Source: Botryllus schlosseri (taxonomy: Eukaryota). From it: a DNA stretch of 64,000 nucleotides. The stretch spans positions 17,732,001 to 17,796,000 of the forward strand of contig CM119381.1 of assembly GCA_051294905.1 (NCBI GenBank), in the 5' to 3' direction. Of the stretch, positions 47,015 through 60,200 are shown one piece after another (the stretch's first letter is position 1; every line of letters starts with the position of its first letter). The position numbers were made by a program, and so were the translations under genes. The notes under the pieces were generated by a model, which was not told where the DNA came from, did not search any database, and saw nothing but the letters and a program-made list of their open reading frames with translations.

Positions 47015-50000
47015 ATGCTTGCATCATCACTGAAGGCATTGGTGAACAAGCCAAAAGTTTACCCCAATCTGGCGTGGAGACTATATGGCAGCATTAGGCC
47101 CAACACTCTTGTGCATAATGCAAGAACTAGAATCGCTTACCAGCGTAATCAAAGGTTTATCAACACCACTCCGCAGCGAAATGCACCCCCCCTTATTCTA
47201 CTGTTACTGAAGACTGGCGGTGTAAAGGTGATGAAAGCATTCAGTATTGTGTTCGGACGAAGTTTAAGAAAGCTATACGATAGGCTGCCGGATAATGTGA
47301 GAAAGAGAATCGGCAAGCACAAGATAGTTACTTCTGTAGGAGTGACACTCGTGCCTTTTGTAGCTTACTACAGTTACACGCATCGTGAATATTGCGAGAT
47401 AACCGGCAGAAAGAGATGGATCACATTCACCAGAGAACAACTTGCGGCACTGGCAAATTTGGAATATGAAAACCTCATGAAACATTATGAAAGCAAGCTC
47501 TTGCCACCGTCACACGAATTGTATAAGAAGAATGCGAATATTGTTCTGGCTCTAATAAAAGCAAATTCCGACATCGACTCTGTGAAGAGTACGGAATGGA
47601 CGCTTCACGTCGTTGACGATCCAGCGATGTCGAATGCGTTTGTGCTTCCAAACGGACATATCTTCGTCTTTACAGGTATGTTGGCATTGTAATTACAGCG
47701 CAGTGTATATTATTATCGTATCAAGCAATGACCTGTTCTTGGATGTGGTGAAAGAAACCAACCTAGGTACAAGTAAAAATAACTATTGTGAAGTCTCCCG
47801 AAGGTACTTACTTCCAAGTCAGTATGAGAAGTAGTCTACTGAATAAGTGGTAGTAAGAAGTAGATTGAAATGAGGTGTCACCAATGTTCCCTCTAATTTT
47901 TCACGAGTTGCACTCACCAACTCACTACCGTACGCGGTCCCTTGGACAACAGTGCGTAACTACTAAAAAAAAGGTCATCACTTGAGATTTTTTATGCACA
48001 GAGACCGTGTCAGCATTGCGCACATGCGTAGCTTAGAGGGAACAGTGGATGTCACAGACTTTTGTTAGTCGACCGCCATGGACTGACCAGTTTTCAAAAT
48101 TACAAGATATGCTTGCTCAATATGACTAGGTGTAATTGACGAAACTAGATCTGTTACAGTCATGCCGGGCCTGCAATGCCCAGTTTGTCAAGGCACTAAC
48201 ACTCATGAACGTAATGAAAATCTATCCATTAATAGCCTGCTTTCTATTTGACAAATTCTTACGCACGTAAGTAGTTTGGTACCGAAAACCATTGAAGCAA
48301 TGAAGTGAAAGTAGCCAAAATGCACTTCAGTACTTAAAAAAGTAGACGCAATTTGTGACTGACCTTGCCATCTCTTCGTGCGCTTCAACAGGTATGTTGA
48401 AATTACTGAACAGCTGGCAGGAGATGGCAATTATTTTGGGACATGAGATGTCACACGCAATCCTTGGGCATTCACAGGTAGGCTCGTGTTGACATTTTTC
48501 TACAGCTTTAGGATTGAGGTACCATTCCCGTTCTTAGGAACAGCAAAGTTATTTGGCCTTCAGTGAAATATTGACCGTGCCGTTGCTGGCGTTCATCTGG
48601 TTCTTCTTTGACGATTTTGCCGCCTTTCTCGTGTACACGATCCAAAGCTATATTGTGCCACTTGTGTTCGAGTACGGATTCAGTCTCCCGTACAGTCGTG
48701 AGTTGGAATTGGAGGCTGATAAAGTCGGACTGATGTTGTCTTCCAAGGCCTGCTTCGATCCCAGGTGTGTGTTGTTGTATAATACTACCGCTTGAGCATT
48801 TAGGTATACGTGTCGTTTCAGACCACCCCTAGGTCGTGGAATATCGAGTACCTAAGTGACTCGATTCTGAATCGTGTATTAGGCGTCGAGTCAAGTATTT
48901 CAGTATCACTCATCATGACATCAGTAGAGTTTAGATCAGTGGTTCCCAACCTTTTCCGACTGATCGCCCCCTTACCAAACTCGACACAAATTTTCAACCC
49001 CCCATATTTACTGATGCGAAAAAGAGGAGATATATATACGGGAAATTTATTCACCGAACTCTGATCGCAGGTGAATTGACTACGAAAAGGTAATTCTCCC
49101 GAGTAGGTGCTAAGAAAACCGGTTTCCGCATTTACTTTCCGTTGAGTTGACCTTCTTTTTTGTCTTTCGTGTCATATGCAGAATAAACCGTCTTCACGCG
49201 CATTTTTTGGTCGTGTTGAATTAAAAATATCTCACTGGACATCCTAACATCTTCGCCCCCTTGTTTCTCAAAATCGTCTACATTGGGAACCACTGGTTTA
49301 GATCACGTGGAAAGTTTGAATATGTGCCATGACAGAAATGTGATTTACACTTAAGCTTGTAGCTTGGTACAACATATTTTGGATGTGATACGACCAGTTG
49401 ATATTTCAAGGCTTCCACGTTAGGAAAAAGCAAAGGTTCCGAGTCACAAGTCAATCTCACTATTACAGTTTTGACTCGAGTCCAAGAAGAGTCCAAGTCT
49501 GCTTGTAGAGGGTCGGCTCTGAGTCATCATGTTTCGACTCGAGTCCAAGTCATTATGTTCAGTTTTCAGTTCAATCCACTTTTTTCAACTCCGCTCGAGT
49601 CATTTTACGCATATGAAAGAATGACTCAAGTCAAGTCGAGTCACAAAAAATTCGTGACTCAAGTCATTACAACTCTGGCTTCCACGTTAGGAAAAAGTCA
49701 TCGGAACTATAACTCTTAGTGGAATGTGGCATATAATTTCAGTACTCGAAATGACCGTCGCTCACTACTCAGCTCTAATCCTTACAATGAATACTCAATT
49801 CGGATTCCCCAACTCTACTTGTTACATGGCGAAGACCCACACTTTTAGACTGAATGAGTAAAACATGTAATTTACATAGATAAGGCTGTAATGTTACTGT
49901 GGCTGCATTACTGAAGGATGGTTTTAACTTGAAACCTAAAATCACAAGTTATCTCATGTATTTGCAGGATATGCCAAGCATGCTCCGATAAAATTATGAA

Positions 50001-51481
50001 TCATATCTTCTAGATATTCGAGTTGCGCCCTTACCCATCTCAGACCGTTTTTATTCTGTGACAGATGGGGTGTCCTGCTCTGGGAGAAAATGGCATTTCA
50101 GCAAACCCTGAATGACGCGGCCGATTCAGACAAATTTGAGTATCTCTCGACTCACCCGGGAAACCAGAAAAGGTCGCAATCGCTCGAAAAGATGATTCCG
50201 CACGTATGAGACCTATACTCGGCTGTTTCAATGGTGCATCATGCAGATTTGAATGACCCGTCAATTAGCCATGACGATTTCTACAACTTTCTTTATGTTG
50301 TCCGTAGATAGAAAAACTCCTGTTTGGAAACTTGAATTCTGTTTCTATGGTACTGTACAGTACCTTGGGTGGCTGCATACTACTGTGATGGTAATATAGG
50401 TGGTCAGTAACGAAGTAGAATACCGCTGTTTTTTTTTGGAGTACTCAATTATTACTACTTACCCCAATGGCTATGTTCTTAAAACTACTTCTTAAAACTA
50501 CTTCAACTACTAGTTAACAGTATTTTTTCTGAAAAAAACTACATACATTATACACTTTATATTTTATAAAGTAGAAAATAGTTTTTGGATATGTCTGGAC
50601 TGGATCACTTTTGTGGGTGTAATTGTCATAACATCAGGGTGAAATGGTAACTAACTATAATTTCAAAAATTGCACCAATTTGTAGTGCCATTTTGCGTTT
50701 GTCGTTACGGTACGCCTTACAACTTCTAAAGTAACTAATTCAATATTTTTGAGACCTTAATTTTCTACTTCCACTCAATTAGTTTTGAAATATCTTGGAA
50801 GTCACTACTCTGCTTGTAATTGAATAGAATGTTATGGCGTTACTTGTAGCCTACTTCTACTTGACTACCAACGCTGAGTCTTTGACCAGTTCTGGTTAGG
50901 ACCCTTCTGAGTGAATCGGGTATTCGCCGATGACATTTCATCTCGGCGGCAATTCCTATGACCTGTGGCACAGCTTATCCCGTCGTATTATCTCGGCTTA
51001 TGCTATAATTTCGTCACAGATGTTAGAGATTAGGAAGCTTTGCAACTGCCCGAATCTACCTGACAATATCGATCCGCAAGCGGCCGCTTATCATATGAGG
51101 CTGTGTGTGGCTAACACCAGAGAGAGAAAAGAGCTGGAGGCGACGCTGACTGAACTTGAAGGAAGCAACGATGCGGGTCCCAAAGAAGGTGAAGTCAACC
51201 AGGCAGAAAAACAGAGAATCGAAGAAAAGATCGAACAGGCGCGCCATCGATTGGTCGAGTTGGAGGTTGAATATTCAAAACTGACAGGCGGCAATAACAA
51301 CAAAGCGGAAGAACCGATAAGAAAGCAGACTGAAGATAACTTATTCAAAGCCATGTGGGGAAAGATATCCGGACAGATAGCCGTTTCAGGCAAGCTTACT
51401 GATACATTGTTCGAAAAAGAAACTCCGTTTCTGTCCACGACGACACTGCCAAGTGCCTTGGGTCATAGAGCAAAATCTTAA
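47015..51481 (+). CDS. OMA1: Mitochondrial metalloendopeptidase OMA1 (M48 family), 5 exons, 524 aa predicted
   Basis: Exons 47015-47675, 48392-48477, 48538-48764, 50065-50203, 51020-51481 (1575 nt, in frame). Motifs ITGRKR, NAFVLPNGHIFVFTGML, GHEMSHAILGH (HExxH), YSRELELEADKVG, YLSTHP and CNCP. Confidence 0.93.
47882..48047. mobile_element. Short hAT MITE in OMA1 intron 1
   Basis: TIR CAATGTTCCCTCTAA / TTAGAGGGAACAGTG; TSD GGTGTCAC/GATGTCAC. Confidence 0.75.
48937..49295. mobile_element. hAT (Buster-type) MITE in OMA1 intron 3
   Basis: TIR CAGTGGTTCCCAA / TTGGGAACCACTG; perfect TSD GTTTAGAT. Confidence 0.88.
49435..49678. mobile_element. GACTC-repeat hAT MITE fragment
   Basis: Dense GACTCGAGTC motifs ending in TCATTACAACTCTG. 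Confidence 0.6.
50396..50894. mobile_element. CAGAGGTGGTC-family AT-rich MITE in OMA1 intron 4
   Basis: Ends GGTGGTCAGTAACGAAGTAG and CTACTTCTACTTG...TTTGACCAGTTCTG. Confidence 0.6.
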
Positions 51482-52178
51482 TCTTGCGTTTCTTTTTCCT
51501 GACGAATTGCAGGCTGAATGGGAAATACCACTGCGATGATGGAATTAAAAGAAATTGCTTTTTATCTCACCAATGATTTACATTGCAGCAACGAGTCAGG
51601 TCTGTTCCCATATCGTCCAAACTGATAACAGAAGTAGAAGTAGCATATACCAAGTAGGCTATATATATTTTAAATACAGTATTTACGGGGACATTTATGC
51701 AATACTGAGTCCCGGACTGAGTGTAGTTGGGTTGGTGCCAAAGCTATGAAATTGCGCCGTTTTTGGACGGTAGCTTTTCAGTCAATACATATGCTGATCC
51801 TTGATTGAATAATTCTTATCCATATCTATCGTATGCATCTATCTATCGTGCTGTACTTAAAAATTTATGATTGAATTTACCAGTGGCATTCCGTGCATTT
51901 CAAATCTTGACTTGTCACAATTGCCAGTTAGGCGCTAGCTAGCCCACCGACTTATCATGAGCAAGATCGGTTGCATCTCGCATGTCATGACATCTATTCA
52001 CTAATTGATTAGTTATTGCTACTATGTCTAGTTAGTTTCGACAGGCAATTATCCTGTTTTATCTGACACTGTTTCCTGGAAATGTTCAACGTAACCGTCA
52101 TCTATAGGCTATGCGGATTCTGATGGCAATTAAAAATCGAGTCTGTTTTAACCTGTTTTATTCGCAATTCGTCTAAAT

Positions 52179-52477
52179 CAGGGTCCCCAACCGTTGCCGC
52201 ACTGCGCGCCGTAGCACCAATCTCCGCATCGGGACTCGGGGAATGTTAACTAGATTTCCTTCAAGCCTCCGCGTGGGCGAAGGCGGGCAACGCCCCAATC
52301 GAAAACTGTGTTTGTATGTTCCTTAGGGTCGACTGACCCATGTTCAACTGCTGCTTTTATGAAACCCTTCTCCGCTTCGACTTTCAAATCTCTCATTTGA
52401 ATATTTGCGACCGCGGCCGACTCATTTGGTTCTCGCGGACTACCGGTAGCACGCTGGCACGGCGTTGGGGACCCCTG
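52179..52477. mobile_element. hAT (Buster-type) MITE
   Basis: TIR CAGGGTCCCCAAC / GTTGGGGACCCCTG; TSD GTCTAAAT/ATCTAAAT. Confidence 0.85.
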
Positions 52478-53237
52478 ATCTAAATCGATGAACTGTTAAT
52501 GCACACAAAACTGTATTCTATTTTAAGTGCACTATATTACAAGTTGGGCACAATTATTCAAGTACTCTAATCTGAATCGAGTATTAATTCTAATTCGAGT
52601 AGTGGGAGTGGGAGCTGTATTTTCAAGCTCTGAAATAATATCCTACTTGTGACTAACAGATAATTTATCAACGATAAGTATAGTTTCAATACTATTTCCA
52701 CTGTCAAAGACTGTAAACCTCGATTGGTTGTATCGCAGCATATAAAATATGGAGTAGCCTTACAAAGCTACGCATTTTAGTGAAGATTACATATCTGTGA
52801 AGTCATGAAAACCCACAACGTTGTCACAAAGTGTAATAAAAACTGTGCGTTCGAAAAGGTAGGCCCTACTACATAATCTTTAATGTGATGTTGATGAATA
52901 ACTGGCATTATGTTCATATTTAGGTACATATTTAAACTTTCCATGTCATTTGTACTTTAGTGACATAATGAGTGATACTGAATTGCCTTATTTGTTTTCC
53001 GTCTATAGTGCTATAGTTCTGTTATAGTTGTGGTAGAATCGATTCCGCTATATAGTCAGCTTGGAGCTCAAAGTTATTCAGCTCATGTTTCGTTTTTGGT
53101 GGTTCCTTGGTGTATTGCCGAATATCACGTTTTCTGTTGGTTGTCGTCTTCCACTGTGATATAATGGTAGAATTCTGTTTTTGACAGCGTGATTATTCAA
53201 GTTTTCCCAGTTTTCTATTTATACCCTATGCAAAGCG

Positions 53238-56200
53238 ATGTCAAACGATGATACGAAAGCCGCAGAGAGTAACGTCGACACAAGTCAAAGTGACCTCAAA
53301 CATCAGTACAGAAGTAAGTCTCCGCAACTGACCAGGTGCATTTCTTGCATATTTACCAGCACGACACACCGAAGATGTCTCGTCCTTTAAGGTATGAATT
53401 TGGAGCAACTCAAGGCGTTGATGAATGACTCGACAGTGTCGAAAAATCAAAAGAAAAAGATCAAAAAGCAAATACAGTGGATGGAAAGCGTGGACGGGAG
53501 AAAAGATCGGCGGAAAGAAAAAAGGAAGCAGCGTGCTTTGAAGAAGAAGCATTTGTTCGAAGAACACGAGAAGGACGCGTCGGTCGAGTTGCCGCCCAAG
53601 CCCAAAAAGCCGAGGAAAGAGAAGATTTCCACCACGCTAGGCTTTTCGGAACATGTCCACGTCGCGGTTGACTTATCATTCGACGAATACATGACCAATC
53701 ACGATTTGTCGAAATTGAGGAAGCAGCTCGGGTGGTGTTACCAAGAGAACAGAAGATGTGCCAAGCCGGTGCAGGTATGTGGTTCGCTAGTTGATTGAGA
53801 TACGATTTAAGTTCTTTCCCTTGGAAATGGTATCTTGGGGTAGATTTTAGTATTATGTCCCGCCTGTCTGACCTAAGACTTTGTCCGGATATTTTTTCTG
53901 TTAGCGTGTTGTTGCACGAGACAATTGGGCGTCCAGGAATGTTCGCCTTGTGCAGTTTCGGAAGCAGATAAAAGCGGCCGAGGCAAGGATCAGATTTCAG
54001 ATCAGACTTATTGATTTTCGATATCTCTTCTTCGCACATGTCTAAAGATTTAATAATGTCCCTTAATTGCTTTTTGTGTTATTTTGTTGGGTCATTTGCT
54101 AATTTTTTGTATGAATCGGCGTCGTTCAGCTGCCTGTAGCCTTCTTATATGTAGTCTTTCAAATCCATAACGACTACTTTTCCTTCTTTGTGTGTATGGA
54201 GGAGAAATAATGTTTGAGCGTGGAGGAGGAATTTGTTACTGCACGATTATGCGTAGCCCTGTATTTAATATTTATATTATTTATTATTTCATCGAAATAG
54301 CCCAGAAAGGAACAACTTTGTACGGATCGGTGAAACACCGGATAAATTTAACACAAATATCTATTGCATGAAGTGCGATCTAAGGTATTTGAAATGACCA
54401 AAAGAATGATTTGGCCTACTGATGAAATGAAATTGTAAACAGATGCTTCTGTTTTGTGAATCCTTCCAATCAGATTGGTTGATATTTGATTCAGAGGGTA
54501 CCGATAGATTTTTTCATTTTTCAGTATCATATTTGCGGCCTTTCCGACAGGATGAAGGGAGATATGGATCAGTCGTACATCAACTGGGACGTAAGAATAA
54601 GCCTTTTTAATAGGGATACCATATGGATTTGTCCTCTTTTCGAGAAAACCGAACTGTCCTTAGAGGATGCCCAAATGTTCTCTTTTTTCCCAATTCATAT
54701 TCTTTTATAACGTTGATTGTTTGGCAAGTACATAGCAAACCCAAAAGGTCATACCGCACAAAAATACACATGAAAAATGGGTTCTACGTAATTGACGCGA
54801 AGGTTGACTAAAAAAAGGTCAATCCAACCTAAATTGGACATGGAAACCGGTTTTTAGGCGTCGAATCGGGAAGATGACCTTTTTTTAGTCAGCCAATATT
54901 CCTGAAGATACCGTATCCCGTTTTAATTCTGTAAATGTTCCTTGTAAGTATCCCAAAATATGGTATATATCAGGAGTCGGGAACCTTTTTCGTGCAAAGA
55001 GCCATATTGGCCCTATATTTTCCATTGTAACTCCCAAAGAGCCATACACGTTAATCAACTATTACGTCACAGTTGAAAATTCATTGTAGCACTAATTCGA
55101 AGTCACTTTACAATTTTTACAATACATAGCATAGGTTTTGTCATGTGCGCCCCATTTTACATGTAAAAACTTCTACTCATCAGGCTGATTGCCTCATTTG
55201 AGCAAATCGAGCGAAACTTGAGTTACACAGATCTTTTGCAAGTTATATCTTTTTAATTGTATTTCAGTGGGAGTCATATGTTATTTTCGAAGCTTAAGAC
55301 AATTAATATTCACATTTCCATCAGATGTAGACTAACAGTAGAAGTTTTACAGTTAATGCATCTTTTGGTGCTGTATGGTCGTCAGGTTGATAGATATTTT
55401 CTATCGATGTTCACGAGTAACTAAAATTTCAAAATTTTGCTCCCAAAATCACGCAATTGGCGCGAAAGGAGAGGTAAGGCAGAGGTGAGTCACAGTCGAC
55501 CGAGCGAGATAGTGTAATGGTTGTGCGTCCGGCTTCTCGGTCGGTAGGTCGTGGGTTCGATCCCCGGCCGGGTCAGACCAAAGACTCAAAAACTGGTATC
55601 CGCGGCTATCCTGCTAGGCGCTCAGCAATCACGGATAGCATGGAGGAGAAAAAACGGGGGTGCAGACTAGATGACCTTACTATAAAGGCCGTATCGCATC
55701 TCCGTCGTCAAAGCATCTCGATGGTGCAAGCGAAAAAGAATACCATATCTCTCTCTCTCTCAGTCTGACCGGTGATAGCCCAATTCATAGAACATAACTT
55801 CGAATTTATAATCAGTAATCACTGATATTAATCGAACGTAATCGTCTCAATGTTCGAAATATGCTGCCACGATGATATTTATTGCGGGCAGAACTTCTAG
55901 ATATACCTAATTGTGGGCGATAAGAAAATTTAATAACAAGTTGCTGCATTATTGATAAATTAAGTGCAAAATGAAAAACTTATTAAAGAGCCATAGGTTC
56001 CCGACCGCTGGTAGATATGATATATTTTGTTTGACAGGTTCACTTCGACCTTCCTTTGTATGAACAATTCAAGAAAGAAGACTTGGTGTATCTGAGCTCT
56101 GAATCTCCTGATGTATTAGAAATGGTTGAAGCTGGGAAAGTTTATGTGATTGGCGGGCTTGTAGACCACAATAGACACAAGGTACGTCTTTTAATAATTC

Positions 56201-56639
56201 CTTGTTGAACTAACAAAACAAGTGGTGAGGGTTAAATGGTAAAGGATTTCGGACATGTTGACGCATCGGACTTGTCGTATTCAAAGTTCTGTTCAACGTG
56301 AACCCGAATGGTTTGGCGCCATTCGTCCAGGTATCCATTGTTTACAGGTCAGGTTTTGTTCTTTAGGGATTGACGCACAGAATTGCATCCGAACATGGTC
56401 TGATCGCTAAGAGACTGCCACTGGAAGAACATATCGATATGAAGACACGGAAAGTATTGACTGTCAATCACGGTAATCCAATGTGTGTGTATGCCAGTAG
56501 TTGCGCCAGTAACTTTTATCGTATTACCACAGTATTCAATTGCATCGTTGCATTCTGTGAGTTGCAAGATTGGAAGCAAGCACTTATGCGAGCAATCCCA
56601 GCAAGAAAAGGGGCCCTTCCACTGCAGTGTGAAACCTGA
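53238..56639 (+). CDS. TRMT10A: tRNA (guanine-N1/m1G9)-methyltransferase TRMT10A-like, 6 exons, 293 aa predicted
   Basis: Exons 53238-53313 (tentative), 53392-53774, 54525-54590, 56038-56181, 56367-56472, 56533-56639 (882 nt). Motifs [59 protein letters not shown] and DWKQA...IPARKG. Confidence 0.92.
53790..54200 (-). mobile_element. Penelope-like element reverse transcriptase fragment in TRMT10 intron 2
   Basis: [31 protein letters not shown] ... [31 protein letters not shown] are hallmark PLE RT N-terminal motifs; in-frame stops are present. Confidence 0.85.
54971..56010. mobile_element. hAT (Buster-type) MITE in TRMT10 intron 3
   Basis: TIR CAGGAGTCGGGAACC / GGTTCCCGACCGCTG with subterminal AAAGAGCCATA; TSD GTATATAT/GTAGATAT. 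Confidence 0.8.
55500..55762 (+). mobile_element. tRNA-derived SINE (family B) nested in a hAT MITE
   Basis: A-box TAGTGTAATGG and B-box GGTTCGATCCC; body GGGTCAGACCAAAGACTCAAAAACTGG...GGCGCTCAGCA; (TC)n tail. Confidence 0.8.
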
Positions 56640-57213
56640 CCATACGCCAGCCTCTGTGATAATGCATTAGAGGTTGGGAAGCAAGATAATGGGTCACAGC
56701 GAAGGCGAGTTGGAATTCAACGTACGGCCGGCAGCAAGGCGTTTGTAGTCTGATTGGCGAGCATAGTGCATAGTCTGTGGAAACATCAGCATACTGATGT
56801 GCGACCGTTGCATCGGATTGATAATATGTTGGATTGGAAATATGAAACTCATGAATTTAATTAGCGGCAGGGTGTTTTTTCGAGTTTGCTGAATTCCATG
56901 TCATTGCATTTTGGGATGTGGTGGTTACTGACAGGCTGCTCTGATATTACTGACAACCAAACAAGCTTGCCGAGATACCCTTACACCTCAGAACACAACC
57001 CTTACACCTCAGAACACTAACGCCTTTTGTAGAGTAAAGTGATATACTTACTAGGCCTACAACAAATGCAGTATGCAACAATCAGCATGCGAAACCTAGT
57101 TTCTAAAACTTGGAAATGAAAGTTCTTGCAGACACCATGAAATATAAGAATTCGTGAAGAAATGTGTGCTGGAAACATGCCATTGGCCAGAAATACGCAC
57201 AGGAACTGAAATG

Positions 57214-60200
57214 CTATGAAGGCATAGGAACTACGGAAGCTTGTGGTCCAACTTGACCGTTTGATAAAATCGAGACTGCTTGTTCAATGTCATGGTTTGC
57301 TGCAGTCAGTGCGACGATGATTTCTTCTTTTTCAAAGCCCATTTGCATCAGCTTGTTGACTTTATAGGACTGGACGGAGTCTTCTTTGATACGGACGACA
57401 TAATCGTCTGTCTGGTAATTTCCATCTCTTGCCACGGATGCACTACAAGAAATATATCACATTCAAACATAGACTTGCACCAGGTTTGTAACCAAATCAA
57501 TCTCATTTTTTCAGTTGAGTCATTTTCAATTCACCGTCGAGTCAAGTCCAAGTCACTGAGTAGCAGAGATAGCATGGATTAGGATTTGTGAAAAATTTTC
57601 GGATTTGGATTGGATTAGGATTAGAGTTTTTTTCTGATGGGATTAGGATTTGGATGACCGATTTTCCGGGAGATTGATTTGTCGTATTGCTAATGGCGAC
57701 ATACTTTATTTTCATCAGCTATTAATTTACTCATGGTTACTCAGTTATCTTGAATCGAGGGCATCGTTGGTAGTGAAAGAAAAATTTCCAATCCCTCCCA
57801 CCCATAAATTAGCATTTTTTCTGAATTTCCAGTTGGAATCGGATTAGGATTGGACAATGGACATGGACTTGAATATGATAAAGTTATGGATTAGGATTTG
57901 GATTTGAAGGTTCGGATTTGGATTGGATTAGGACATATAAATTCCAAATCCGCTCATAAATTCCAAATCCGCTCATCTCTGCTGAGTAGACGGTCAAGTT
58001 CAATCCGGTTCAGCCCAATTCAACTCTGCTGGATGATATAGCATGGCTCGCATTCATAGTAGATCGTCAAATTCTAACAGTTTCTGGCCCTATTTCCAAG
58101 TATCAGGACTGACATACGAAATATATCAATGATTTGGTGACTTTACTATTCTCGAAATCACAGTGAAACGTCTGTCATGGCCGTCCTAGTCTCGAGTCAT
58201 ATGACCTGGTTAGAGTCATGCTCAATGAAAGTCGAGTCGAGTCATTGAACGTATTTGAAAAATTTACTCGAGTCATTACAACCCTGACTTGCACATAGTA
58301 ATTGTAGTACTTGCACATAGTAATTGTAGTGAGTAAATTTGGTATGGGAATTGGGGAACTCATAAATACCAGATGAAAGCATCCAGGAGTCATTCGATAC
58401 TCCACTGAAGTAGCATACATCAACTCAAGGGAAGTTACATGTCCCTTGCGACTAAATGATTTATCCATTTATCAGAGGTGATCAAGTGGCGGTCTACTTT
58501 ACACTCAAGTGACAACTATTTTATCAACTCGCTCTAGAATTTTCATTTTTTTTATTTTTTATGATGTACTTTTTACTAGAGTACCAATGTTAGAACCTTT
58601 CCACCCAGGAGCTTTCAAACCGAGACCAGCCTACCACAGGATTCACAAAGTGAAACTTGAAGGCTAGGCATGCTGATGAATATAACATTTTTTATTGAAA
58701 GTAACGAATGCGACACAACTTGTGACACATCGATAGGCCTACTGGCAATATTTTATTTGTGGTCACAAAGGTCAATGTTTTTGAATAATTGATGTGTATG
58801 CGTCGTAATGAGCAATAATCGAAAAGTTTGACTCTAAGCTTATTACTCGAATCGGTCCAACACTGCATTTTGCCTAGCCCGAGTTCAAGCTCCATAAGTA
58901 TAGCCCTACTCAAGACATATAGCCTACGTGTGAAATCAAACCAGAAAAATCCATGAAACGGACATTTTCAGCATGGCCAAATACGAAATTCAGTAAGAAT
59001 GATGTCGCATTCTAACATGAAACGTGGTTTTATTTGCTTTCCAGGCAAGATGATAATAATACACTGATTATTTCACTTTTACTAATACAAAAAATACAAT
59101 AATTGTATACATACACTGATTTGTTATAAACTGGCAACTCCTCTGCTGTGCCCGGTATATATCGAATGAGAGGGATATACTTGAATACCATTACAAGGTA
59201 TTTATCAACCACTTTTACCACCCACAACGGCATAACAGATATACTTTTTGACGTGCGTAGATCTGCAACGAATCATAAAACATTGAATGTGATTCAAATT
59301 CACCAAGGCAATAGGATACCCAATTACCCATACTCACATATACTTCCAATAACACAACCACATAAATTCCCAATGAACATATTGTCTTGTGTAATAATCT
59401 GCGACAGAATAAGAAGTATCCAAGGCATTGCCGAATTTGGTATCATCAGGAAGAGAAAAACCGTCATCTTGAGAGGGTAACTTTTAAATACTAGAACCAT
59501 GATTGCAAACATTCCAGGCATCAATCCCAAAGCAGGGCAACTGAGAAATTTGAAGATCTTCGGTGAAAATACAATGTTCACTAAAATAGAAGATACATAC
59601 CTGTACATGAGAGAAGAATATAGGCTGGAAAATCCAAGAAGAATCGAGAATAACACAGTCAATACTCCTGATAGTACGCTGAATACAGTCATGAGCCACA
59701 AAAAGCGAAAACTTCCCGCCTGCCTCTCGGCAGTTGTCCCAAATATTGCAAGGGATCCAATGGAGAGCACCAAATGATAGATGTTTTTGTGGTGTACCAC
59801 ATACTTTATCAACCTGGAAACTGTGCAACGGATATCAATGAGCAAGAGTGTACTAATTTCTAACCTATGATGTTCTAGTTCTACTCGGATGATTTCAACA
59901 GATAAGAGGAATTTGGTATTAGGATGATTTAGTAGACACAGTAGCATACATGCAAAATAAGGTCTATCGCTTCATGCAGAATAAGTTCAGTCACATGCAA
60001 AACAAGGTCAGTCGCAAAATGCTGAACAAAGACAGGTTCACAATAATGTTAGTGTTACAGATGAACGCCCGTATGGTTGGGATTAGGGTTAGTATCATTA
60101 GGGCTGAGGGGGGTCCTTACTCCTTAGCACTGAGGTGCGGTTCATCAGGGTGGGATTTATGGTAATTAGGGTTCACGGTTAGGGTAATTAGGGTGGGGTT

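Noticed and set aside
58175-58468. 97-aa minus-strand ORF as an RHBDD3 exon
   Set aside because: It overlaps a MITE and a 22-bp duplication, and the gene joins in frame without it. At most a roughly 33-nt micro-exon is possible, which I cannot support.
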